A stretch of 32,000 nucleotides of DNA from NCBI GenBank assembly GCA_963718915.1, contig CAVRAI010000003.1, positions 30,001 to 62,000 of the forward strand, in the 5' to 3' direction. The notes under the pieces were generated by a model. It had not been told where the DNA came from. It worked only from the letters and a program-made list of their open reading frames with translations, and did not search any database. Positions 1 through 8,988 of the stretch are shown one piece after another (the stretch's first letter is position 1; each line of letters starts with the position of its first letter). Source of the stretch: an uncultured Chloroflexia bacterium (GTDB taxonomy: Bacteria; Chloroflexota; Ktedonobacteria; Ktedonobacterales; JADMIN01). The position numbers and the translations under genes are program-made.

Positions 1-978
1 GCCGCCAGACTTCACGGCCATGGTCTGCTTGTCCGTCCGGGTGCGCACGATCAGCACATTCTTGTTTGGCCCCGCCGGAATGAACTCGCTGGCGACATCA
101 ACCGCCTGGTCCAGATAGCCGCCGGGGTTGTCGCGCAGGTCGAGCACGATACCCTGCACATGCGCGGCTTGGGCGGCCTTGAGCGCCTGTTTCAGCTGGT
201 CATCGGTGCCCTCGGCAAACTGGGTAATCTGGATAAAGGCGATGTTGAGCGACGGAATGATGTAGGGAACCACAATCGGCGACGTGAAGCTATCGCGTAT
301 CAGCGTGACGTCGAAGGTGGTCGGCGGGGTGGTGCTGGTGCGCTTGATGGTTAGCGTCACCGGCGTCTTGGCCTTGCCGGTAATCAGCGGACGCGCCTGA
401 TCGATGGTCTTGCCAGTGATGTCCTGGTGGTCCACCGCGATGATGAAGTCGCCCGGCTTCAACTGGCCGTTCTTGGCGGCTGGCGAGTCGGGGATGACGG
501 CGTCAATCCGTATGGGAGTCGTCCCGCCGCCGCTCAGATAGACACCGATGCCCACCGATGCGGCGTTATTGAGCTGGTTCTGCTCGTCGTCGAACTCCGC
601 CTTTGTCTGGAAGCGGCTGTGCCCGGTGTCGCCGAGGCTGTTGACCATTGCGTCAATCGCGGCGTAGGCCATCTTCTTGGTGTTGAGCTGGCTCGTGACG
701 GCAAAGTTGTTGGTGACGGCGTCCCAGGCCTGCAGGATCAGATGTTCGTCGCTCGTCGGCGAGACATAGTTATTCCGATTGACAAAGGCGTTGCCGAACC
801 AGCCCGAGGCGAACGCGACAATGACCAGCAGCGAGGTTATGACCGTCTGCCAGACCATGCTGCGCGCGTAACCCTGCCGCTGGGCGTAATACTGTATCTC
901 TGGCGAGGGCTGCGGCGATTGGTAGGGATACCCCGGTGGGGGCGCCTGTACATTGACATTATTCGGGTCGTTCAACAC
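1..978 (-). CDS. S41 family C-terminal processing (tail-specific) peptidase, N-terminal part; gene continues beyond window start
   Basis: Not in the supplied track because it runs off the window. The minus-strand frame from GTG 978 (GGAGG 6 nt upstream) is open to base 1. Translation shows a membrane anchor VWQTVITSLLVIVAFASGWF, a PDZ-like block IDAVIPDSPAAKNGQLKPGDFIIAVD and the S41 block GIVLDLRDNPGGYLDQAVDVA. Confidence 0.85.
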   Translation of the reverse strand, partial: MLNDPNNVNVQAPPPGYPYQSPQPSPEIQYYAQRQGYARSMVWQTVITSLLVIVAFASGWFGNAFVNRNNYVSPTSDEHLILQAWDAVTNNFAVTSQLNTKKMAYAAIDAMVNSLGDTGHSRFQTKAEFDDEQNQLNNAASVGIGVYLSGGGTTPIRIDAVIPDSPAAKNGQLKPGDFIIAVDHQDITGKTIDQARPLITGKAKTPVTLTIKRTSTTPPTTFDVTLIRDSFTSPIVVPYIIPSLNIAFIQITQFAEGTDDQLKQALKAAQAAHVQGIVLDLRDNPGGYLDQAVDVASEFIPAGPNKNVLIVRTRTDKQTMAVKSGG

Positions 979-1154
979 ATTGGCCTCCGGTCATAGTGTC
1001 CTGCGAGATCAAGAAGTCCTCTGGATAGTATTCTGCGTCGGGCAGACGGTCAGAAGCGATAGCCCTCAGCGGTAGCACTATCAGTGTTTACGTGGGAATG
1101 GCCGCGCGGGTAGGGAAACCATTACCCTATTATTCGCTATTATCCGCCATGAGA

Positions 1155-1189
1155 GCAAAAAGCGCCGGAGTACAAATGTGTACCCCGGC
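1155..1189 (-). terminator. Rho-independent terminator downstream of the substrate-binding protein gene
   Basis: On the minus strand, GCCGGGGTACA-catt-TGTACTCCGGC forms an 11-bp stem with one G:U, followed by GCTTTTTGC. It lies about 40 nt after the stop at 1227. Confidence 0.7.
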
Positions 1190-1226
1190 GTGAGAAAACG
1201 TACCCGCATCGCGCTCACGTCGCGCG

Positions 1227-3143
1227 CTAGTGGCTGGCGATATAGACGTTTGGCCAGGCAGTGTCCACCATCATCCCAAGCGAGTTCAGGCCGAAGCCAC
1301 GCACCCATGGGCGCTGCCGCCAGAGCGCCTTCGACTGCTCGTAGGGAATCCAGGGCACCTCATTGACGACCATCTGCTCGGCCTGGTTATAGAGCGCCAT
1401 ACGCTTGTTCGGGTCGCGCTCGAGATCGGCCTGTTTGAAGAGCTTATCGAGAGCGGGGTCGTGAATATCCGACGCGTTATTGGCAGTCTGGGCGTTAGGG
1501 TTTTCGAGCGTGGCGGGCGGGTTCGACATAAACTGGAGCGAGAGCCAGTCCTGCGGGTCGGGATAGTCCGCCAGCCAGCCGATCACCCACATCTGGTAGG
1601 GGCCGTGCGCCACAATATACTTGCCAAGACTATCCGTTGGCACCACCTGGATATTGAGGCCCAGGATGGTATTCCACTGCTGCGCCGCAAAGGTGGCGAT
1701 GGCGACTCGCGTCGCGTTCTTGGAAACGTTAATGTTGATCGCCTCTGGGTGGGCGCCGGTGATGTAGGGGCATTCAGGCGGCGCCAGCCCGGTGATTGGA
1801 TTAATCGTAGTGCAGGTGGCGCGCGCCGCCTTCAGCAATTGCTGCGCCTGCGCCTGGTCGCCAGTGAGCGACTGGGTTGGGTTGGAGCCGGGAGTCACCA
1901 GGCCGGTATAGTAGCCCGGCTGCCCCTTCGGCACGATGTGGTTCGTCGGAATCGCGCCGCCATTCTCGACACGGTCCACCAGCAGCTGCTTGTTGAGCGC
2001 GAGTGAGAGCGCCTGGCGCACCTGCAGGTTGTTCATCGGCGGCTTATCAAAGTTGAGGCCGAAGTAGTTCTCAGCCAGCAGCGGCACCTGATTGAAATCG
2101 CTCTGACCGCGCGCCGTGAAGTAGCTCTGCGACGGCACGTCGGTGTAGTCCCATTTGCCCGCGCGATAGTCCGCGTACTCGTTGTCCACAATGGGGTAGA
2201 TGGGACGAACGATCTTCTGCAGCGTCAGCTTCTTCCCCCAGGCCTGCTCCCAGTAGGGATTCTCCTCGAGGATGAGCTGCTGCGGCTTCGAGGTTGCATC
2301 ATATTGCGCGACCTTATAGGGGCCGTTGGTGCCGCCTTCATCCAGATGCTGCACCCAGGTTCCGTTGGGGTAGCGGTCGATCAGCTTCTGCTCGACCGGA
2401 TACGAGAACGGATAGGTCAGCGCTTCGAGGAAATAGGCGATTGGAGCGTCGAGACGGATTTGCAGCGTCAGCGGATCGATGACGTTCACGCTGGTGCTCG
2501 GGTTGTTGCCCTCGCCGTTGACGGCCGGGCCAGTGCCGTTGTTGTAGTTCACCGCGCCGACAATATGACCCAGATAGCCCTGCACCAGCCCCGCGAAGCA
2601 GTATTGCGAGCCTTTGTCGCCGTAGGTATCCACGTCGAGCTTGCTACAGAGGTTCGGAGCGAGCGCGCGGTTGATGCTATAGGCAAAGTCCGTCGCGGTC
2701 AGCGGCGTGCCGTCGCTGAAATGCATATTGGGTCGCAGATGGAAGGTATAGATCGTTCCAGTGGAGTCTATATCCCAGCTCGTGGCCGCATCGCCAACCA
2801 CCTGCAAGTCCGGCGAGAATGTCACCAGGCCCGAAAACATCATGCTGGTGAACGTCGAGTCTGCCGCGTAGGCTATCGCGGCTGGATCGAGCACCGGGTC
2901 TTTCACGGTAGTGGTGCTACTATCACCGCGCGTATACGGATAGACGAAGGTCTGATCAGCAGCCAGCAAGCTGCCTGAGCTACTCTGCGGGCCGCACGCC
3001 GAGAGCAGCAGGGGCACAATCCCCGCCAGCAAGATGAGTCCTCCGACAACGCGTTGCCGTCGCTGTCTCCGCGTTCCTTTCACCGCTGCCGCCTGATAGA
3101 GTCCGGTTCCTTTGGCACGACGCACGAGGTGTGACCATCGCAT
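1227..3143 (-). CDS. ABC transporter substrate-binding lipoprotein, family 5 (peptide/nickel-type)
   Basis: Covered by the 647-aa track ORF. Length and sequence blocks are typical of family-5 SBPs (LVTFSPDLQVVGDAATSW, FHLRPNMHFSDGTPLTATDF, ENPYW). A lipobox LLLSAC follows a basic n-region. I prefer ATG 3143 (GGGAGG 9 nt upstream) to the TTG at 3170. No permease or ATPase genes are adjacent. Confidence 0.8.
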   Translation of the reverse strand: MRWSHLVRRAKGTGLYQAAAVKGTRRQRRQRVVGGLILLAGIVPLLLSACGPQSSSGSLLAADQTFVYPYTRGDSSTTTVKDPVLDPAAIAYAADSTFTSMMFSGLVTFSPDLQVVGDAATSWDIDSTGTIYTFHLRPNMHFSDGTPLTATDFAYSINRALAPNLCSKLDVDTYGDKGSQYCFAGLVQGYLGHIVGAVNYNNGTGPAVNGEGNNPSTSVNVIDPLTLQIRLDAPIAYFLEALTYPFSYPVEQKLIDRYPNGTWVQHLDEGGTNGPYKVAQYDATSKPQQLILEENPYWEQAWGKKLTLQKIVRPIYPIVDNEYADYRAGKWDYTDVPSQSYFTARGQSDFNQVPLLAENYFGLNFDKPPMNNLQVRQALSLALNKQLLVDRVENGGAIPTNHIVPKGQPGYYTGLVTPGSNPTQSLTGDQAQAQQLLKAARATCTTINPITGLAPPECPYITGAHPEAININVSKNATRVAIATFAAQQWNTILGLNIQVVPTDSLGKYIVAHGPYQMWVIGWLADYPDPQDWLSLQFMSNPPATLENPNAQTANNASDIHDPALDKLFKQADLERDPNKRMALYNQAEQMVVNEVPWIPYEQSKALWRQRPWVRGFGLNSLGMMVDTAWPNVYIASH

Positions 3144-3452
3144 GCCCGCAAACCTCCCTGCCCAACCCAACGCCGCCAGTGCGGCACACGGAATAAACGC
3201 TCTCCAGTGGGCTTCTCATCCAGGATGGAAGCTATCTGGCGATATCCCCGCCAGCGCATCAGCCCCTGATTGCCCACACATTTCTCATGGGAAGATATAT
3301 GCCTCGCGATTGTATGCAACCCATGCACGCCTGTCAAATTCTTTAGCCAATTGTTAGCCCTGCCGGGTCTCGCTGGCGCTCTCTCTGAGTGACGCCTATG
3401 ATACAGTGAATTGACAGTGACCTGCCCGAACGTCTGAAAATCAGAGGAATTC

Positions 3453-4241
3453 ATGGAGAACGTCGCGCCGTCGTCGGCTCGCCGCGAGTCTTCAAGCGAG
3501 CATCCATCGGCGCCCGACCTCCGCGCCACGGACAACGCCACGCCATCACCAGACACCTCCGGCGGCGTCGCGGATCATTCCGAGCAGGTGACGGGGCGGG
3601 GACGCACGCTGCTCGTCTTCGCGTTGATAGTCTTCGTCGGCGTCAACCTGCGCAGCGTCATCCTGGCTGTTCCGCCCGTGCTGCCGCTGATCCAGCGCGA
3701 CCTGCGCCTCTCCTACACCGCGACGGGGCTGCTGACCGCGCTCCCGCTCCTGCTGATGTGCGCCTTCGCGTTGCCCGCCGGATTGCTGGCGGGACGTTTC
3801 GGTGGGCGACGCATTGTGGCGGTGGGGCTGGCGCTGCTCGCGGTGGGCGCGGTACTGCGCGGTCTCTGGCCCGCGGCGCTTTCGCTCTATCTCTTCACCG
3901 TGGCGCTGGGGGCGGGCATCACGCTGGCGCAGACGTCTGTGCCGGTGCTGGCGCGCCAGTGGTTCCCCACGCGCATTGGTCTGGTGGCCGCGCTCTTCAG
4001 CGACGGGCTGATCCTGGGCGAGACGCTGGCCGCCGCCCTCACGCTGCCACTGATGGGTCACTTCTTCGGCGCGGATGGCTGGCCGGGCGCGCTGCTCCTC
4101 TGGGCCGTGCCGACGGTACTGGCGCTGGCGCTCTGGCTCATCTTCGCGCCGCCCGCCGCCGCGACGCAGCCCGCGCGTTCCGCCGCCACATCCACATCCA
4201 CCAGCAAGCGCAGCAAGCAGCGCCCGCTCGCCGCCGGGTGA
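3453..4241 (+). CDS. MFS transporter (CynX/YeaN-like), N-terminal six-helix half; split or frameshifted
   Basis: After a roughly 50-aa polar N-terminus there are six hydrophobic helices with an MFS loop motif (LPAGLLAGRFGGRRIV). The frame ends at TGA 4239-4241 exactly where the central cytoplasmic loop is expected. Confidence 0.7.
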   Translation: MENVAPSSARRESSSEHPSAPDLRATDNATPSPDTSGGVADHSEQVTGRGRTLLVFALIVFVGVNLRSVILAVPPVLPLIQRDLRLSYTATGLLTALPLLLMCAFALPAGLLAGRFGGRRIVAVGLALLAVGAVLRGLWPAALSLYLFTVALGAGITLAQTSVPVLARQWFPTRIGLVAALFSDGLILGETLAAALTLPLMGHFFGADGWPGALLLWAVPTVLALALWLIFAPPAAATQPARSAATSTSTSKRSKQRPLAAG

Positions 4242-4804
4242 GCGCGCTCCACCTGGGCATCCTGCTCGGCGCGGGCAGCCTCGTCTACTTTGGCATGAAC
4301 GCCTGGATTCCCCCGTACAACCAGGCCATCGGCGCGGAGGATGCGACCCCGCTGGCGCTGGGCGTCCTCAACGCCATCCAGTTGCCGGTGGGCCTGATGG
4401 TCACCATCTTCGCGCAGCGGCTGGTTGGCCGTCGCTGGCCGTTCGTGGCGGCGGGAGCGCTCTGCCTGGTGGCGATTCTTGGTCTGGTCACCACGCCTGT
4501 TGCCTGGCAGCCGTTCTGGGCGGCGTGTCTGGGCGGTGGCTCGTCGTTCGTCTTCGCGCTCGGCATCGGGCTGCCCGCGCTGCTCTTCGACCGCTCCTCC
4601 GTTGCCCGGCTGACCGGCGTGACACTCACGCTCAGCTACGGCGTCGCCTTCCTCGGCCCGCTGCTCGGTGGCTCCTTCTGGGATATCTCGCATCAGCCGC
4701 AGTGGGCGTTCGTCCCCATCGGCATCGCCGGGCTGCTGCTGATCGTCCTCGGCTCGGCGCTCCCCTCCCGTGCCAACTTCGGCCTGCTCGATCACTCGAG
4801 ATAA
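4238..4804 (+). CDS. MFS transporter (CynX/YeaN-like), C-terminal six-helix half
   Basis: From GTG 4238 (ggGTGAgc overlap with the upstream stop) the frame of track ORF 3758..4804 becomes hydrophobic: SALHLGILLGAGSLVYFGMNAWIPPYNQ...LTLSYGVAFLGPLLGG. The part of that ORF before 4238 is Arg/Ala-rich shadow reading. Confidence 0.65.
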   Translation: MSALHLGILLGAGSLVYFGMNAWIPPYNQAIGAEDATPLALGVLNAIQLPVGLMVTIFAQRLVGRRWPFVAAGALCLVAILGLVTTPVAWQPFWAACLGGGSSFVFALGIGLPALLFDRSSVARLTGVTLTLSYGVAFLGPLLGGSFWDISHQPQWAFVPIGIAGLLLIVLGSALPSRANFGLLDHSR

Positions 4805-4882
4805 CCGTTCGCTGGGTGGCCAGCGAGATAGAGTAAGCTAGCGTAGAATAGTGAAACCAGGGCATGCGTAAGGGGCGAATAC

Positions 4883-6208
4883 ATGAGTCACTCAAGCTTT
4901 CTGCGCCGCTTCGCCGCAGCCAATGGCGCGCCACCAACGGCACGGCAGCTCTACAAAGCGCTAGGGATGCTCGCAAACGACTTCAGTTATGACGAAGAGC
5001 GTGCAGGCGCGCTAGAGCAGTTGGCTAAGTTCACGCGGCGCTGGGGCAAGCCCTCGCTCGATAACTTGCTTGAGATTGCCCGCCGCTTTGCCCCTGGACA
5101 ACCCAGACCTGTTCCTGAGCCAAAGACAGATATGAATAGAGCCGCAGTGGTTCATCCAACTATTGAAGAAATAGCGTATATCGGGCCTGATACATCTGAA
5201 GAAGCAGATATCACCTTTGCACTTGCCGTGTTGGGTGTTATCGGTAATTCCGATGCGCCCGACGCGCTGGCGCCGTACCTGGCGAGTCCATATGCCATCG
5301 AGCGCTGGTTGGCGACCATTGGACTGGTGGCGATGCGTGACGAGCGGGCATTGCCAATGCTAGAGCCGTTACTCGTCGAGTTCGTCGGCCCCAACCCACC
5401 CCTGGATCCTAATCTTGCCATTGGCTATATATTCGAGTACTTCCGTTACGATCTGCTGCGCTTGCTGGCCGATTGGGGCGATCCGCGCGTAGTGCCGCCT
5501 ATTCGCGCCGGTTTGATCGCCAACGTCCGCGCCGAGGGGGTTGAGGTACCCGATCCACCAGATCCTGACCCGGAGTTTGTATGGAACGGCTTCTACTACA
5601 TGGGTCCGGGTGTGCGGCGACGTTTTTACGATTTTTACAACCAACAGTTGTTCTGGGTAGACCAGGAGCATCAATTTGTCTATGCGCTTGGGCGGCTCGG
5701 AGCCTTTAGCGCATTGGAGGGAGTACCCACACGTCGGGGTGTCTACTCCTGGCAGAATGCATTGACCAGCGAAGACGGAGGCGACGTTTACTTTGAGCCT
5801 TGTCTGCCAGAGAGCCGTGCGGAAGGGTTCCGGGCCAATATCTGGCGGGTGCTCATGTGCTTCGGCGCGCTCGAATCCCAATTTTTCGGCCACCTGGGGA
5901 CCACGTTCGACTTCTCCGACGCGCCAGAGTTAGCAGTGGCAGTCGAACAGTTGTTAGCGGAAAAACTGGGGATGGACGAGGCCACGCGCCGTCGCGCCAT
6001 GGAAGATTTCGACCAGGCGAGTTGGACGCACTGGATAGTGTTTCAATATGGCTGGACGGCTGATCGAGCCAAAGAGCGAGAGATGCTAGCGGAAGGCGGA
6101 GGTGAGGACGAGAGCGACGAGATGGAGGAATCGGGGCCTTACGATCCCCCTGAGATTTCGTTAGAGGATAGAGAGGCGCAAGACTTCGGATGGGAGGATC
6201 AGTGGTAA
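4883..6208 (+). CDS. Hypothetical protein with HEAT-like repeats and acidic C-terminal tail (paralog A)
   Basis: 441-aa ORF with AAGGGG 8 nt upstream of the ATG. It aligns over its full length with the next ORF. HEAT/PBS-lyase-like periodicity is seen in LGVIGNSDAPDALAPYLASPYAIERWLATIGLVAMRDERALPMLEPLL and LLADWGDPRVVPPIRAGL. The tail is EGGGEDESDEMEESGPYDPPEISLEDREAQDFGWEDQW. Confidence 0.75.
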   Translation: MSHSSFLRRFAAANGAPPTARQLYKALGMLANDFSYDEERAGALEQLAKFTRRWGKPSLDNLLEIARRFAPGQPRPVPEPKTDMNRAAVVHPTIEEIAYIGPDTSEEADITFALAVLGVIGNSDAPDALAPYLASPYAIERWLATIGLVAMRDERALPMLEPLLVEFVGPNPPLDPNLAIGYIFEYFRYDLLRLLADWGDPRVVPPIRAGLIANVRAEGVEVPDPPDPDPEFVWNGFYYMGPGVRRRFYDFYNQQLFWVDQEHQFVYALGRLGAFSALEGVPTRRGVYSWQNALTSEDGGDVYFEPCLPESRAEGFRANIWRVLMCFGALESQFFGHLGTTFDFSDAPELAVAVEQLLAEKLGMDEATRRRAMEDFDQASWTHWIVFQYGWTADRAKEREMLAEGGGEDESDEMEESGPYDPPEISLEDREAQDFGWEDQW

Positions 6209-6353
6209 AGCAGACCTGGATTCTATCGCCTGCGTCCGTCCGCATGCGGCCCAGCCAATCGAACCTGCTGCTGTGATTGAGTGAAAACACTGCGCGATCT
6301 CCGAGCGAGCAGCGACGCTCGGTTATACTCGACGGGACGCAGGAGGGGAACAC

Positions 6354-7571
6354 ATGACTGACTCCAGTTTTCTGCGTGACTTTGCCGGAACCGACGGCAC
6401 TCCACCAACGACACAACACCTCTACAAGGCGTTTGTGCTGCTCGGCAGCGACTTCGGGTACGAGGAGGCGGTTGACGGTGTGCGAGACTACCTGGCTGAC
6501 TTCACGCAGCGTTGGGGAAAGCCTTCGCCAGACAACCTGCTTACCGTAGCTCGCCGCTATGCTCCCGGACAACCCCGATCCGCTTCCGAAGTCGAGGCTA
6601 ATGGCGCCGCGATGGACGATGTGGCTCTTGGCGGCCCGGATACGATTGAGGAGGTGGACACGACGTTCGCATTGGCCACCTTGGGTGTTATGCGTATCCC
6701 CGAGGCGCCAGCGGCGCTAGTGCCCTATCTGATGAGTCCGTATGCCCATGAGCGCTGGCTCGCTGGCTTTGGGTTAGCAGCGATGCATGATGAACGGGCG
6801 CTCCCGGCGCTAGAGCGGATGCTGGTCGAGTTTATCGGTCCAAACCAACCGGCAAGCCGATATAGTCCTGCCGGGTACTACATCCAAACCTTACGTTCCT
6901 ATCTGCCGCAGGTACTGGCCGACTGGGGCGACCCACGGCTTGTCCCACTTGTGCGCACCGCGTTGATTGCCACGGTGCGTGCTGAGAAGATCGAGGTGCT
7001 GGAGCCGCACGGCCCCGATGAGGCGTATGAATTTGGAGGGCAACGCTACGTCGGAAAGGATGCCTGGGAGTGGTTCCATTTCGAGCGGCGCAAGTGGGTT
7101 GAGGAAGAGCACCGTTTGGTCTACGCTTTGGGGCGGCTCAGCGCGTTTGGCGCGCTGGCTGGGGTGCCCACGCGGCCTGGCGTCTACTACTACTGGGGAG
7201 CGCCACCAACGGTTTATATGGACGATGAGTCAGGCGAGAACCCGGTCGAGGTTGATTCATCCGAATTTCGCGTGCCCGAGAGCCACACGCCTGTATTCTG
7301 CCGTAACATCTGGCACGTACATGCCTGCTGCGGATTCCTTGAGCCTCAGTTCCGTGATCGGTTGAAGTGGGTTCACTCCTTCGACGACGCCCCAGAGTTT
7401 GTGACGGCCATCGAGCAGTTGCTCGAGGAGCGGTTTGGCCTGGACAGAGCCGAGCGACGCATGGCAATGTGGGACTATGATCGAGCGCGTTTTCTGGCAG
7501 GGACGATTAACTACTACGAGCGGCTCGCCAGATTGTCCGTGGAAGAGTCAGAGGAGTGGGCCGGAGATTAG
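6354..7571 (+). CDS. Hypothetical protein with HEAT-like repeats (paralog B)
   Basis: 405-aa ORF with AGGAGGGG upstream. It shares these blocks with paralog A: SSFLR.FA, PPT..LYKA, RWGKPS.DNLL..ARR.APGQPR, SPYA.ERWLA, DERALP.LE..LVEF.GPN, LADWGDPR.VP, VYALGRL.AF.AL.GVPTR.GVY, DAPE...A.EQLL. Confidence 0.75.
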   Translation: MTDSSFLRDFAGTDGTPPTTQHLYKAFVLLGSDFGYEEAVDGVRDYLADFTQRWGKPSPDNLLTVARRYAPGQPRSASEVEANGAAMDDVALGGPDTIEEVDTTFALATLGVMRIPEAPAALVPYLMSPYAHERWLAGFGLAAMHDERALPALERMLVEFIGPNQPASRYSPAGYYIQTLRSYLPQVLADWGDPRLVPLVRTALIATVRAEKIEVLEPHGPDEAYEFGGQRYVGKDAWEWFHFERRKWVEEEHRLVYALGRLSAFGALAGVPTRPGVYYYWGAPPTVYMDDESGENPVEVDSSEFRVPESHTPVFCRNIWHVHACCGFLEPQFRDRLKWVHSFDDAPEFVTAIEQLLEERFGLDRAERRMAMWDYDRARFLAGTINYYERLARLSVEESEEWAGD

Positions 7572-7580
7572 CGCCGCGAC

Positions 7581-7610
7581 TTGACGGCGCTGCCTTGCGG
7601 ACCATACCAT
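7581..7610 (+). promoter_or_regulatory. Candidate sigma70-type promoter upstream of the RNHCP gene
   Basis: TTGACG (7581-7586), 18-nt spacer, TACCAT (7605-7610). This is a pattern match only. Confidence 0.2.
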
Positions 7611-7663
7611 ACCTGATGGCGCTGAATGAGGCGTGTGGGCGAGTAGCCTCAGCGGGAGTGAAT

Positions 7664-8080
7664 ATGGCGAAGCATGGCACGCGGGATAGCAGACGGCACG
7701 ATTCGCGTTATGGTCGTGGCGCGCCACCCGGGCCTGGCCCGCAAGACCAGAGCTTCACCTGCGGCCACTGCAAGCGGTTCGTCGGGGCGCTGCCCAGCGG
7801 CGGGCATCACCGCAACCACTGCCCGTACTGCCTCTACTCGCGCCACGTCGACGCCGTGAAGTCCGGCGACCGGCTGAGCGGCTGCGGCGGGATGATGGCG
7901 CCCATCGGCGCGTTCCAGCGGCCCAACGGCGAGCATGTCATCGTTCACCAGTGCGAGCGCTGCGGTTTCGAGCGCTTCAACCGCATCCAGGCCGACGACG
8001 ACTTTGACCTGACGCTCTCGCTGCCCGTCGTGCCGCCGCGCTCAGCGAAACCCACGTCCAGCGAGACGCCCGCCGAATAA
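7664..8080 (+). CDS. RNHCP domain-containing zinc-ribbon protein
   Basis: Carries the literal RNHCPYC motif plus CGHC, GCGG and CERCG cysteine pairs: FTCGHCKRF...HHRNHCPYCLYSRHVD...SGCGGMMAPIG...VHQCERCGFERFNRIQADDD. I prefer ATG 7664 (GGGAG 6 nt upstream) to the track start at 7556, which overlaps paralog B. Confidence 0.8.
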   Translation: MAKHGTRDSRRHDSRYGRGAPPGPGPQDQSFTCGHCKRFVGALPSGGHHRNHCPYCLYSRHVDAVKSGDRLSGCGGMMAPIGAFQRPNGEHVIVHQCERCGFERFNRIQADDDFDLTLSLPVVPPRSAKPTSSETPAE

Positions 8081-8104
8081 ACAACGTTTCGAGGAGGCGA
8101 CATC

Positions 8105-8986
8105 GTGACCGACGCGACCCCTGCCACGAGCACGACCGCGACCGGCGGCTTTCTGGAGAAGCTACGCCGCCGCTGGCATGATAGGCGTACCCTGCTCTGC
8201 GTCGGGCTGGACCCCGAACTCGAACAGCTGCCGGCCGCCCAGGATGCCGATGTCGAGACAGCGCTCGTCACATTCAACATGGCCATCGTAGACGCCACCG
8301 CCGATCTCGTCTGCGCCTACAAGCCGAATGCCGCCTTCTACGAACGCCACGGCGCCGCGGGCTGGAACGCGCTCGCCCGCACCATCGCCTACGTCCACAG
8401 CCGCTATCCCGATGTACCGGTCTTGCTGGACGCCAAGCGTGGCGACATGGGCAACACCGCCCAGGCCTACGCCGACGCGGTCTTCGATACCCTGGACGCC
8501 GACGCCGTGACGCTGCATCCGTACCTTGGCAGCGATGCGCTCCAGCCCTTCCTGAAGCGCGCCGACCGTGGCTGCTTCATCCTCTCACATACCTCCAATC
8601 CTGGCGCGAGCGAGTTTCAGGATCTGACGCTCCGCGCCGCCGATGGCACGGAGGAGCCGCTCTTTCTAGCGGTGGCGCGCACCGTGGCGCGGCGCTGGAA
8701 TACCAATGGCAACTGCGGGCTGGTGGTCGGCGCGACCTATCCCGAACAGCTACGGGCGGTGCGCCAGGCGGTGGGCGATCTGCCGCTGCTGATTCCGGGT
8801 ATCGGCGCGCAGGGCGGCGATCTGGCGGCGGTGGTCAGCGTCGGGCTGGATAGCCAGGGCGCGGGGTTGCTGATAAGCGCCTCACGTAGCGTCATCTTCG
8901 CCTCCAGCGGCGCGGACTTCGCCGATGCCGCCCGGCGCGAGGCCCAGCGGCTGCGCGACGAGATAGAGGGATTGCGAGGGCGATAA
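8105..8986 (+). CDS. pyrF: Orotidine 5'-phosphate decarboxylase (type 2)
   Basis: Blocks LCVGLDPELEQLP, YKPNAAFYERHG, VLLDAKRGDMGNTAQAY and LIPGIGAQGGD match long-form PyrF. GTG start with GAGGAGG upstream. Confidence 0.9.
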   Translation: MTDATPATSTTATGGFLEKLRRRWHDRRTLLCVGLDPELEQLPAAQDADVETALVTFNMAIVDATADLVCAYKPNAAFYERHGAAGWNALARTIAYVHSRYPDVPVLLDAKRGDMGNTAQAYADAVFDTLDADAVTLHPYLGSDALQPFLKRADRGCFILSHTSNPGASEFQDLTLRAADGTEEPLFLAVARTVARRWNTNGNCGLVVGATYPEQLRAVRQAVGDLPLLIPGIGAQGGDLAAVVSVGLDSQGAGLLISASRSVIFASSGADFADAARREAQRLRDEIEGLRGR

Positions 8987-8988
8987 GC

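Noticed and set aside
427-996. 189-aa plus-strand ORF (and 160..354) at the left end
   Set aside because: They are antisense to the S41 peptidase frame, which carries the DLRDNPGGY signature. These ORFs have no RBS and no recognisable motifs.
1505-1525. GGTTCGA word resembling a tRNA T-arm, found while scanning for tRNAs
   Set aside because: It lies inside the SBP coding frame with no acceptor or anticodon stem context. No tRNA, rRNA or CRISPR repeats were found anywhere in the window.
1230-2978. Plus-strand ORFs 1230..2006 and 2304..2978
   Set aside because: They are antisense shadows of the substrate-binding protein gene.
3758-4237. N-terminal 160 codons of track ORF 3758..4804, plus overlapping ORFs 4058..4795(-) and 4075..4836(+)
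   Set aside because: These are Arg/Ala/Gly-rich alternate-frame readings of the MFS gene. Only the part from 4238 onward shows TM-helix character.
5853-6572. 239-aa minus-strand ORF bridging the two HEAT-like paralogs
   Set aside because: It crosses the A-B intergenic spacer antisense to two well-supported paralogous ORFs. Its sequence is Ser/Arg/Pro-rich with no start context.
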